From positions 176,219 to 240,218 of the forward strand of contig JAZKFU010000008.1 in the NCBI GenBank assembly GCA_040386275.1: DNA of 64,000 bases. Reading direction: 5' to 3'. This document shows positions 1 to 9,016 of the stretch, one piece after another. The DNA is from Patescibacteria group bacterium. GTDB taxonomy: Bacteria; Patescibacteriota; Minisyncoccia; Phycocordibacterales; UBA918. The position numbers and the translations under genes are program-made. The notes under the pieces were generated by a model, which worked only from the letters and a program-made list of their open reading frames with translations, was not told the DNA's origin and did not search any database. Position 1 is the first letter of the stretch, and every line of letters begins with the position of its first letter.

Positions 1-144
1 TGCCATCATACAATCGTTTTTCTATCTCAATGATGATGTTGGTGAGTTCTGTGGGTGTAGCACCAGCACGCCGTAGAGAACGGCGTAACTTTTCAATTTT
101 AAAGTACTCGGTACTTCCATCTGCTTTGGTTACCGTGATAGACA

Positions 145-1206
145 CTACAAGATGATACCACCTCCAATACACCTTTCACCTCGGTATAATACACAGGACT
201 GACCAGAAGCAATGGCTTCACTTTGTTGGGTTACTGTAAGAGTGATAGTAGTGTCGTCACTTTTTTCTACGGTTACCGTAAAGGGTTTTTGGCGATACCG
301 ACTTTGGGCTTGAAGCTCCTCTCCGATTTTTAATGTATCGGTAGTGACACACTGAATAAGCGTAATGGTTGATTGTGGTAATAGTATCGGTGCTGTTTCT
401 GAAACAGTGATGGTGTTGTGTACAGTATCTTTAGCTATTACATAGAGTGGCGCGCGATTGGGATTATGGTCATTAAGTATATAGCCTTGTCGTTGCCCGA
501 TGGTGTACACAAACGCTCCCTTATGCGTTCCAATTACTTCCCCCGATTCATTGAGCACACTACCCTCTTTCAAATCTATGTAATGTGATAGGAAATCAGG
601 AATATCAATGTGACCCAAAAAACATACACCCTGACTATCACGTTTGGTAGCCGTCAGTAACCCCGCAGCTAAAGCCTCTGCCCGAATCACATCCTTGGTG
701 CTGTTACCAACTGGAAATAATACTTCCTCTAAAATAGGTTTTGGTAGCGTCCAAAGAAAGTACGTCTGATCTTTCTGAGTATCCACTCCACGATGCATCT
801 CAACTCCTACTGTGCCCTGTATAGTCTGCGCGTAATGACCTGTTGCAATATAATCAGTGCCACGTTCTTTTGCAAAACGATAAAAAGCTCCAAACTTTAC
901 CTCCTTGTTACACATCACATCAGGGTTTGGGGTAAGACCCGCGCGGTAACTTTCAATAAAATAGTGTGCTACTGCATCCCTATATTCTGCTTCCGCATCA
1001 CAGGTAAGAAATGGAATTCCTAGTTTGGCTGCCACACGCATTGCGTCTAACCGTTCTTGTTCCCAGTTACATACCAAAAAATCCGGGTGCCAGACCTTGA
1101 TAAATACTCCGGTCACGGCGTACCCCTCTCGCTGTAGCCGTAACGCTGCAACCGAAGAGTCTACTCCGCCCGAGAGACCAACAAATACTTTTTTACCGTT
1201 CGTCAT
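145..1206 (-). CDS. mnmA: tRNA-specific 2-thiouridylase MnmA
   Basis: 353 aa; N-terminal PP-loop SGGVDSS; length and overall similarity typical of MnmA/TrmU. Confidence 0.88.
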   Translation of the reverse strand: MTNGKKVFVGLSGGVDSSVAALRLQREGYAVTGVFIKVWHPDFLVCNWEQERLDAMRVAAKLGIPFLTCDAEAEYRDAVAHYFIESYRAGLTPNPDVMCNKEVKFGAFYRFAKERGTDYIATGHYAQTIQGTVGVEMHRGVDTQKDQTYFLWTLPKPILEEVLFPVGNSTKDVIRAEALAAGLLTATKRDSQGVCFLGHIDIPDFLSHYIDLKEGSVLNESGEVIGTHKGAFVYTIGQRQGYILNDHNPNRAPLYVIAKDTVHNTITVSETAPILLPQSTITLIQCVTTDTLKIGEELQAQSRYRQKPFTVTVEKSDDTTITLTVTQQSEAIASGQSCVLYRGERCIGGGIIL

Positions 1207-1229
1207 ATGAGCAAAAGAATACCATAGTG

Positions 1230-1284
1230 TTGACTTATTGTGAAATATTATGTTTAATATAACCGAAACAGTAAGGAGGTCCCA
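1230..1284 (+). promoter_or_regulatory. putative sigma70-type promoter and strong RBS for the small ORF at 1285
   Basis: ttgact at 1230-1235, AT-rich -10 candidates (tttaat/taatat) about 17-19 bp downstream, aaggagg 6 nt before the ATG at 1285. Confidence 0.3.
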
Positions 1285-1572
1285 ATGTCAGATGCCCCAA
1301 AAGTTGACTCAAAGATCCACAAACGTTTTCAGGACGTCGGAACCCTGATTACAAAACGAAATGAATTGGTTGAAGCACGTGCAGCTTCTTATTCCGCTTC
1401 ATTTTCATATGCAAATAATCGTGTAGGTGAAGCTGGCCGTTTTAACATTGAACTCGAAATGGATGAGCAAGAAAAGGTGAAAGAATTATTCATCTTGATA
1501 ATTGATGATAAGTTGCGGAAGATTGATGACCAACTGAGGAATCAAGGATTGGGTTCTCTCATTGAAGAATGA
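1285..1572 (+). CDS. hypothetical small protein (95 aa)
   Basis: ORF preceded by strong SD (aaggagg) and followed by a hairpin terminator; no recognisable domain. Confidence 0.5.
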   Translation: MSDAPKVDSKIHKRFQDVGTLITKRNELVEARAASYSASFSYANNRVGEAGRFNIELEMDEQEKVKELFILIIDDKLRKIDDQLRNQGLGSLIEE

Positions 1573-1579
1573 ATGCATC

Positions 1580-1607
1580 AAGGCGGGTTTAACACCCCGC
1601 CTTTTGT
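1580..1607 (+). terminator. rho-independent terminator
   Basis: ggcggg-tttaacac-cccgcc stem-loop followed by ttttgtt. Confidence 0.55.
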
Positions 1608-1608
1608 T

Positions 1609-2619
1609 CTATTTTAGGTAGAGAGCAATATTTTGCCTATGTCCATCAAAATCTTTGGCGTAATAAAATTTCCCGTCATTGCCAGTGATGTAAAACATAT
1701 ACTCAGATGGTGTTGGTTCCAGCACCGCCATGATAGCTTCCATGCCGGGGTTTCCAATGGCGGTTGGTGGTAGCCCGCGATATAGATAGGTGTTATACGG
1801 AGTATCAATTTTTAAATCTTCAGCCGTTAGTTCTTTAAGTGGCTTTTCAAGAATGTATTCCATTGAGGCATCCACTTGTAACGGCATATCAAGCATCAAG
1901 CGATTTTGTAAAATACCGGATACTAATTTCATTGAGTCAGATGAATTGGCTTCACGCTCGATAATGGAAGCGAGAATCACTACGTCGCGTTCTATTAGGT
2001 TACGATTACGCATTACTTCACGTAACGGGGCAATTTTTTCTTCATACATCTCGGTCATCAAAGTAAATAATTCAGTGGGGGTAAATGTTTTAGGGATGCG
2101 GTAGGTTTCAGGGAACAGAATACCTTCTGAGGTGCTTGCTAAATTCATAAATTCTTCCGCGGAAAAGTCCGTTAATTGAGTGCTAGCATTGACTGCAATT
2201 TCTTTTACCGGCTCCCCTTCACGATGAATAAACGGTACTAACAGTGAATTAAAATCACCCCGCACCAAGGCTGCGGCCACCGCGTACACATCATAGGGTT
2301 CAGTAAACACATAGGTACTGGCTTTTACGTCTTCAGGTTCGTATGAGGTAAGGAGCACAAAATATAAAAGTAAATCAGAGCGTACGACGCCCGCTTGTTC
2401 AAACTGTTTGGTAATCGCTGAAATGCTCGAACCGGGTACCACTTCAATTAAAGTGTTGAGGGGGAAATCAGCTGGTGGTGTTGCGAGGTGTTGTAGGTAA
2501 AAAAATCCGCCAATAAGGAGCACGATGACAAACAAAAGAAACAGCGACCCAAAAGATTTCTTTTTTGGTTGTGGTTCCCCGACAGTGCCTGATACGTACG
2601 AAAATTGATTACTAGACAT
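1609..2619 (-). CDS. mltG: endolytic murein transglycosylase MltG (YceG-like)
   Basis: 336 aa; N-terminal TM anchor; C-terminal YNTYLYRGLPPTAIGNPG motif characteristic of the YceG/MltG family. Confidence 0.8.
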   Translation of the reverse strand: MSSNQFSYVSGTVGEPQPKKKSFGSLFLLFVIVLLIGGFFYLQHLATPPADFPLNTLIEVVPGSSISAITKQFEQAGVVRSDLLLYFVLLTSYEPEDVKASTYVFTEPYDVYAVAAALVRGDFNSLLVPFIHREGEPVKEIAVNASTQLTDFSAEEFMNLASTSEGILFPETYRIPKTFTPTELFTLMTEMYEEKIAPLREVMRNRNLIERDVVILASIIEREANSSDSMKLVSGILQNRLMLDMPLQVDASMEYILEKPLKELTAEDLKIDTPYNTYLYRGLPPTAIGNPGMEAIMAVLEPTPSEYMFYITGNDGKFYYAKDFDGHRQNIALYLK

Positions 2620-2625
2620 ACGTGA

Positions 2626-3951
2626 TTACATTGGTAAACCAGTCGGCAGATTAGCCGGTGCTTCTTTACGAGTTGAAGGGATACGAGCGAGACCAGGAGT
2701 CATAACGGTACTACTAGGGAGATGGAATACTGTCGCTAGTTCTTCCACCGACATAATCTGGATTTTCATTGAAGGATTGATTGATGTTCCATGCATCGGT
2801 TGTCGCATTTTATAGTGTTCTACTTCTTCTTTTTTGAGTCGCAATTTTTTCTTGCCTGAATAATCTTGGAACATGTTGTAGTCGTAATCAGTACGCCAGG
2901 CTACCCCAAGTTGGTTGCGACCAATCATATCGTACTGTGAAAAAGAGCGAATTAACGGACTAATCACGTTACCATCAAACGTGCCTTTCTTGGTAATATA
3001 AACCCAACGAATTCCTACTTCGTACGCGTATTTGCCCATGTGTCGTTCCATGGCTTCAATGACATTTCGCTCACCGGTTGTAAGTCGGGGTTGACTTTCA
3101 AGTTCTGCCGGACCAGTTTTATCATGTTCTCGACCCATGAGTTTATCGATTTTATCTTGAATAGCGTGTTCCCACGAGTCATGACCTTGGATGTGTCCAT
3201 TTTTGAAGGTCTTCTTAATATGTGGGATACACAGAAATTGAATCCAAATCCGTTCGTGAGGCTTAATGGTGCCGATATGTTCTATCATCGGTGCCATCGG
3301 ATCCAATTTAAATTCTTCTTTCGGCAGTTTGTCCATTCCAAAATCAATGTACGTTTTAATCGGAAATACCTCGTCCCCTTTTTGACGCATATGCAACGCA
3401 AACAAATCGTACTTTGAGTGATCAGGAATGATTTCAGCTGTGTAGTCAATTTCTTCTTCCACTACTTCTACACCTGGGTACTGCGCGTACAGTTGCGCTT
3501 CCACCGCATTTTTTACTTTCTTGGTGGGACAGTTGATATACAAACGAACATCACCTCCAATCGAAACGATTTCCAGTGACATAATAAGCGGATGCTTGCC
3601 GTCAATATAGGTTTGCCAGAGGTTATCTGATGATTGTGCGTTGTGTACTTGAGCTAGTACGTTTTCCATTGCTTCGGGAGATTTAAAAATTTCTGCCGGA
3701 ATTTTTATCCGGAGCGTAGATCGTCCTTGGCTAATGCGAAACTTTTTGTGTACGTACTCCATCCATTTTTCGTAGAGTAACCAAAACAGTACTACGGGTA
3801 GCCAAATCGGAGTAATGGCTATCATGATAGAAATAATTGGCGTAGCGTCTACACCCATCGCGGAAAAAGTGTACTGCATCACAAAGAACCCTGTTATCAA
3901 TAACAGTGGTGCTGCAATAATTCCAATCAATACTTTAAAGAGATCGCCCAT
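2626..3951 (-). CDS. hypothetical membrane protein (two N-terminal TM helices, large cytoplasmic domain)
   Basis: 441 aa ORF 7 nt downstream of mltG on the same strand; no recognisable catalytic motif. Confidence 0.45.
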   Translation of the reverse strand: MGDLFKVLIGIIAAPLLLITGFFVMQYTFSAMGVDATPIISIMIAITPIWLPVVLFWLLYEKWMEYVHKKFRISQGRSTLRIKIPAEIFKSPEAMENVLAQVHNAQSSDNLWQTYIDGKHPLIMSLEIVSIGGDVRLYINCPTKKVKNAVEAQLYAQYPGVEVVEEEIDYTAEIIPDHSKYDLFALHMRQKGDEVFPIKTYIDFGMDKLPKEEFKLDPMAPMIEHIGTIKPHERIWIQFLCIPHIKKTFKNGHIQGHDSWEHAIQDKIDKLMGREHDKTGPAELESQPRLTTGERNVIEAMERHMGKYAYEVGIRWVYITKKGTFDGNVISPLIRSFSQYDMIGRNQLGVAWRTDYDYNMFQDYSGKKKLRLKKEEVEHYKMRQPMHGTSINPSMKIQIMSVEELATVFHLPSSTVMTPGLARIPSTRKEAPANLPTGLPM

Positions 3952-4250
3952 AATTGTGATGTAATTGTACCTTATAGTACGCCGATTTGTCTCTGCTATT
4001 CACCAAATACTACAAAATTAATACAGTATTGTTTTTTAGAAATTATCTCAATTTTGTGTCCAGAGGCGAGGGCATTTCTAGGCGTGTAAGAAAAATTTTT
4101 TGAGCCGTACATTGGTACGGTGAAATAAATTTTATCGCAACTTGTCCAGCGATTTTCCCAAGTGAAGAAAAAATCGGGACAGAAATTCAGAATTGTCGCT
4201 ACGCTCTGTTCTTCATTCCACAACGAAATGCTCCGTCTATGGATACAAAA

Positions 4251-5357
4251 TTAGTCGGCTAGAGTGTAGGTTCCATTACTCAATCGTTTAAACAAGTTTG
4301 CGTCCTGAAGATTTACGACAATGGTATTATCCTTCACGTATCGTTCTTTACGAACTTTATCAATTAATTCTTCACGTGATAGTGGACCATCGTTAGCGAG
4401 AATTTCTCGGAGTACATCTTTTACTACGCCGGCAGTGTAGCCCCATTCAGTCAACGCGTAGAGTCCACGACCAACCAGTACAAATCGCGCGTCTTTAATG
4501 AGTTCGTTGTGTGTAGTTGCTACGTGGGCTTTATGTTTAAAAAGTTCCTTAATAGATTCTGACACTTCTTTAAAGTGCATCGGTGAACCATGACGCTTAA
4601 CTGCGAGGTACGCGTAATCACGAATTCCTTTTACGCGCACATTTGGACTGTCACTTGGACCCCAATCACCAAGTGGATTTTGGGCAATTTGTTTTGAAAT
4701 TGAAAGCCATCGCTTGAGGGTTTGATCATCATGCTTGTCAGCAATTTCAATTAATTCAGCGCGGAAGCGGTTAAGAATTTCTTGTTCAGACACCAAATCA
4801 TCACGATTGAGTGTGCCGTGTACATTTTTGAGTGCACGCTCTACGGTTTCGGCTACTTTCTTTTCGGTAAACCAACGGTGGGCGTAGAGAGGATTTTCTT
4901 TGCCTTTGTAAAACGCGTCACCTACTACTAAGATGAAGTAAAGGTGATTACGAGTTGATTCGTCTGGTGCGAGATTATCAAGCAGTACGTGTTCAGCGAC
5001 CACACCACCACCAAGTTGGTTGATGAGATCATGGAGTTCAGCGAACAAGTCAGCGTGTTCAGCGTACACGGGAGATTTTTGAATTGACGCAATACCGTAG
5101 TTTTCGATTTGACGAACTCGTTCCCGAGTGATGCCATATGATTGTCCGATAGCTTCCAGCGTAAAAGTCTCGTTATCAGCGCCAAGGCCATAACGTTTTG
5201 TAAGGACATCACGTGCCCGTTCAGGCAGTGCTGCGAGTAGTTTTTTTGTTACTTGTTTTGGTTTGAACGTAATCATACTTGGTGCTAAAGCTTGATAATT
5301 AAGAGTTTCCTCAAAGTGAGTATGTATATTTATATCATGGCATTTACTAAACGTCAA
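4251..5357 (-). CDS. sigma-70 region 4-like HTH protein with C-terminal HARE-HTH (RpoE-delta/Mrr-type winged helix)
   Basis: N-terminal LTKRYGLGADNETFTLEAIGQSYGITRERVRQIE matches sigma70 region 4.2; C-terminal MHFKEVSESIKE...ARFVLVGRGLYALTEWGY matches the HARE-HTH pattern. Confidence 0.5.
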   Translation of the reverse strand: MTFSKCHDINIHTHFEETLNYQALAPSMITFKPKQVTKKLLAALPERARDVLTKRYGLGADNETFTLEAIGQSYGITRERVRQIENYGIASIQKSPVYAEHADLFAELHDLINQLGGGVVAEHVLLDNLAPDESTRNHLYFILVVGDAFYKGKENPLYAHRWFTEKKVAETVERALKNVHGTLNRDDLVSEQEILNRFRAELIEIADKHDDQTLKRWLSISKQIAQNPLGDWGPSDSPNVRVKGIRDYAYLAVKRHGSPMHFKEVSESIKELFKHKAHVATTHNELIKDARFVLVGRGLYALTEWGYTAGVVKDVLREILANDGPLSREELIDKVRKERYVKDNTIVVNLQDANLFKRLSNGTYTLAD

Positions 5358-5370
5358 ATGCTTTGTCCTC

Positions 5371-8214
5371 TTATTGTAATAACAAATTGAGGATTCGTCC
5401 TGGTACGTAAATAACTTTTTTGAGGGTTCCGCTCAGTAATTTTTCTTGTAATAACGGGTTATCTTGGACAGCATTTAACGCTTCTCCTTCCGTAGCGTCC
5501 GGGGCAATGGTGATATTCCCTCGTAATTTACCGTTAATTTGCACGCCAATAACGACAGTTTCATCAATAGCGAGCGTCATATCGGCTACGGGGAAGGTTT
5601 CGGTGTGGACAGAACAAGTGTGTCCAAGCTGAGTCCAGATTTCTTCAGTCAAATGAGGTGCAAACGGAGCGAGAATCCGAACAAATAACTCATATGAGGC
5701 TTTGGTAATACTGCCCTTTTCAGCCAGGTTTACCAAAATCATCATCGCGGAAATAGCGGTGTTATATTTGAATTCCAGAATATCAGTCCCTACTTTTGCG
5801 ATAGTTTTATGGAGCTGGCGAGTAAGTTCTGTTGGTTCAGAATCACCAATATGGTCTACCAGTCCATACACCCGCTCCAAGAACCGTCGCACGCCAGCAA
5901 TGCCTCCAAAGTCCCACGGGTAGCTACTATCAGCGTACGGACCCATAAACGCCAGATAGATTTTTACTGTATCAGCACCAACAAGTGCTACTTGTGCATC
6001 GGGGTCAACCACGTTGCCTTTACTCTTACTCATTTTGTTACCGTCCGGACCCAAAATCATGCCGTGATTCACACGTTGCTTATATGGTTCACTTTCAGTG
6101 ACGAGACCTAAGTCAAAGAGCGCCTTTTGCCAAAATCGTGAATAGAGTAAGTGCATGGTGGTGTGTTCAGCGCCACCAAAATACATATCAATCGGCATCC
6201 ATTCCTTTTGCGCTTCAAGGGAGGCAAGACCTCCTTCGTTTTTGTTATCAAGGTAGCGCAAGAAATACCACGATGAATCAACAAACGTATCCATGGTTTC
6301 TACTTCAGGAGTCCACCCCGAACCAAAGATTTCTTCAGTTCGTTTTTTAAGCGCTTCACTTTTAGCGAGAGGTGCAACCCCGGTTGGTTTAAAATCTACA
6401 TCCTCTGGCAGTACCCACGGTAAATGTTCTTTGGGAACAATATGCGCTTCTCCTGTTGGAGAATAGACAATCGGAATCGGCACGCCCCAATACCGTTGCC
6501 GACCAATAGACCAATCACGCAACCGAAAGGTTGAGGTCATCTCACCGCCCACCTTGGCAACAATTTTTTCTTTAGCCTCTTCCGAATCCATCCCATCAAA
6601 TTCATCGGAGTTTATTAAATATCCATCGCCTGTAATGGCTGATTCTTTTTGTAGCATTTGCCACACTTGTTTTTGGTGGTCAGGAGTTAGTTTTGCAAGC
6701 ACTTCTTTCTCGTCTACCCAAACAAGTGTATGTATTGCTGATTCTGATTCTGGTATGACACCTTGTTCGTTTAGATTCTCAACTTCACCTAAAAATGCGT
6801 ACGTGTGGGCACAACGGTTTTGTTGCTTGTGTGAAGCACAGTATTTAGCAGCAGTAATCCATTTTAATTTTGAAACAATAGTTACTCTGTTGAGAGCTGC
6901 TTCCTCATTCATTTCCGCCAACGCTGCTTCTTCCGGAGTTTGTCCATTTTCAATACCACCCATGATTGCAGTAGTTATACCCTCAAGAGTGCCGTGCCAA
7001 TTAAGGAGTGCGAATTTACCGGTACTTTTGTCTCTGAGATGAATAATAACGGTGTCGCGTTTTACTTCTTTAAATTCCGGTCTTGGTGGATTCTTTGAAT
7101 CATCTGCGCAAGGGACGATAACTTGTTTAATCGGCAATCCAAACTTAGTAGCAAAGGCGTAATCTCGCTCATCGTGCGCGGGTACAGCCATAATAGCGCC
7201 GGTGCCATAACCGCCTAGTACATAATCAGCCACATACACAGGAATCTGTTCCCCGCTGGCTGGATTGGTCGCTGTTATACCAGAGAGTACCACCCCGGTT
7301 TTCTCTTTAGTGGCGTCGAGTCTATCCTGTTCATCCTTTTGCGTAGCTGTTTTTACATATGCATCAACGTCCGCTAAGTTCGAGGTCTCGCCTCGAACTT
7401 CTGATTTGCTGAGTAACGGGTGTTCGGGGGCAAGTACTAAGTACGTAGCGCCAAATAATGTGTCAGGTCGAGTGGTAAATACCGTTACAACATCGCCAGT
7501 TGAGAGGGTGAAGTTTATTTTTGCTCCCTTACTGCGACCAATCCATTGGCGTTGCGCTTCTTTGATATGGTCTGGCCAGGCTACGGTGTCTAAATCATCA
7601 ATTAATCTATCTGCATAGTCGGTGATTTTCATCATCCACTGTGGCATTTCGCGTTTTTCAATCACATCACCCGATCGCTCACAGGTGCCATCGGTTAACA
7701 CTTGTTCATTGGCAACCGCCGTATTACATCCCGGACACCAGTTCACAATACCTTTACCTCGATAGGCAATACTTTTTTCGAAAAATTGGGTAAACATCCA
7801 CTGCGTCCATTTGTAGTAGTCTTGATCGGTTGAATTAGTAGTTTTGTCCCAACTAAACATGTTACCCATGCGTTCGAGCTGTTCACGCATAAAGGCCATA
7901 TTTTCATAGGTCCAATCTTTGGGATTGAGGTTACGTTTAATAGCAGCATTTTCAGCCGGAAGACCAAAGGCATCAAATCCAATCGGATACAGTACCTGGT
8001 GACCACTCATACGTTTATAGCGCGCGTAAATATCGGGTACAGCAAACGCATACCAGTGGCCAATATGTAAATTGCCTGAAGGGTACGGCCATTCTACGAG
8101 GACGTAGGACTTTGGCTTTGATCGATCGCGCTCCCCTACATTGTATATACCTGATTCTTTCCAAATGGCTTGCCATTTCTTTTCTATCTCACCAGAATCA
8201 AATTTTTTGTGCAT
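5371..8214 (-). CDS. leuS: leucyl-tRNA synthetase (947 aa) with an internal Nudix-like insertion
   Basis: HIGH motif (PYPSGNLHIGH), KMSKS (KMSKSKGNVVDP), TTRPDT CP1 motif at residues 247-252, RLRDWSIGRQRYWG; extra ~135 aa with a Nudix-box-like GGIENGQTPEEAALAEMNEEAAL between the CP1 hinge and the catalytic core. Confidence 0.9.
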   Translation of the reverse strand: MHKKFDSGEIEKKWQAIWKESGIYNVGERDRSKPKSYVLVEWPYPSGNLHIGHWYAFAVPDIYARYKRMSGHQVLYPIGFDAFGLPAENAAIKRNLNPKDWTYENMAFMREQLERMGNMFSWDKTTNSTDQDYYKWTQWMFTQFFEKSIAYRGKGIVNWCPGCNTAVANEQVLTDGTCERSGDVIEKREMPQWMMKITDYADRLIDDLDTVAWPDHIKEAQRQWIGRSKGAKINFTLSTGDVVTVFTTRPDTLFGATYLVLAPEHPLLSKSEVRGETSNLADVDAYVKTATQKDEQDRLDATKEKTGVVLSGITATNPASGEQIPVYVADYVLGGYGTGAIMAVPAHDERDYAFATKFGLPIKQVIVPCADDSKNPPRPEFKEVKRDTVIIHLRDKSTGKFALLNWHGTLEGITTAIMGGIENGQTPEEAALAEMNEEAALNRVTIVSKLKWITAAKYCASHKQQNRCAHTYAFLGEVENLNEQGVIPESESAIHTLVWVDEKEVLAKLTPDHQKQVWQMLQKESAITGDGYLINSDEFDGMDSEEAKEKIVAKVGGEMTSTFRLRDWSIGRQRYWGVPIPIVYSPTGEAHIVPKEHLPWVLPEDVDFKPTGVAPLAKSEALKKRTEEIFGSGWTPEVETMDTFVDSSWYFLRYLDNKNEGGLASLEAQKEWMPIDMYFGGAEHTTMHLLYSRFWQKALFDLGLVTESEPYKQRVNHGMILGPDGNKMSKSKGNVVDPDAQVALVGADTVKIYLAFMGPYADSSYPWDFGGIAGVRRFLERVYGLVDHIGDSEPTELTRQLHKTIAKVGTDILEFKYNTAISAMMILVNLAEKGSITKASYELFVRILAPFAPHLTEEIWTQLGHTCSVHTETFPVADMTLAIDETVVIGVQINGKLRGNITIAPDATEGEALNAVQDNPLLQEKLLSGTLKKVIYVPGRILNLLLQ

Positions 8215-8352
8215 ACAATGGTATTACGCGTGTTAGGAATAGATTCACATTATGTCTTTAGTTTCTTAAATAGTCAAAGACGCTCCATAAAAATGAAGCG
8301 TCGTAGTTTTACCGTTGTTCGTGTATGCACGAATCTATTGTATGAGTTGTAG

Positions 8353-8454
8353 TTACGCAAGTGCCCTCATAATCAGAATACTGCCGGCTGCCACCAGCAA
8401 TAGTATACTCCAGGTCGAGATGTCGATATTGCGTAACCGTTTAAACACCCGCAT
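8353..8454 (-). CDS. small hydrophobic peptide (33 aa), not in the ORF track
   Basis: ATG preceded by agggagg SD at optimal spacing; translates to MRVFKRLRNIDISTWSILLLVAAGSILIMRALA, which includes a single predicted TM helix. Confidence 0.4.
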   Translation of the reverse strand: MRVFKRLRNIDISTWSILLLVAAGSILIMRALA

Positions 8455-8569
8455 GGCGCACCTCCCTCTTTGTACCAGCCTTACTTTATTTTACAATATC
8501 AGTATTATTTGTAAATAGAAAACAAGCGTTTGTATATTAAAATAACCACTAGTGGGTTCGAGTGACTTT

Positions 8570-8938
8570 TTATACGATAAGTTCTTTTACACGCTTTACT
8601 AACTCATCAAGACTAGTGTGCGCTTTTACAATGTAGTCTTCGAGCTTTGCTTCATGAGCATGACCAATATTGGCCACGTCATCCATGGCGGAAAGTACAA
8701 CTACGTGAGCGGTTTGGCCCCACGGGTCTTGGCGGAGACGTCGTAACATTTCGTGCCCATCCATAATCGGCATCATCAAGTCCATTAAAATTAAATCTGG
8801 TTTTTCAGCTACGGCAAATTCTAAACCAGTTGCACCATCAGGAGCAGCAGACACATTAAACCCACCTTCAGTTAATGCTTCAACCATTGCCTCTCGTAGG
8901 TCCGGTTCATCTTCAACAATTAGAATATGCTTACTCAT
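8570..8938 (-). CDS. receiver-only response regulator (CheY-like)
   Basis: MSKHILIVEDEPDLRE...LILMDLMMP...; start set at the internal Met preceding the REC domain; no output domain. Confidence 0.75.
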   Translation of the reverse strand: MSKHILIVEDEPDLREAMVEALTEGGFNVSAAPDGATGLEFAVAEKPDLILMDLMMPIMDGHEMLRRLRQDPWGQTAHVVVLSAMDDVANIGHAHEAKLEDYIVKAHTSLDELVKRVKELIV

Positions 8939-9016
8939 TGTCGAAAGTATACCACAGCTTTTACGCTGCAATATATACAATGATTCACATGAGAACGTGA
9001 TGAAAGATGATACGAT

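Noticed and set aside
6554-7618. Several plus-strand ORFs of 100-160 aa antisense to leuS; similar ORFs lie antisense to the RND pump (21456-22085), the histidine kinase (51209-51862) and the giant surface protein (48356-49025)
   Set aside because: They lie wholly inside well-supported genes on the opposite strand, have Ser/Thr/Ala-rich low-complexity translations typical of antisense frames, and lack an SD.
8170-8518. Two small plus-strand ORFs in the leuS to response-regulator spacer
   Set aside because: No SD and low-complexity products. The only convincing coding signal in the spacer is the minus-strand 33-aa peptide with a strong SD.
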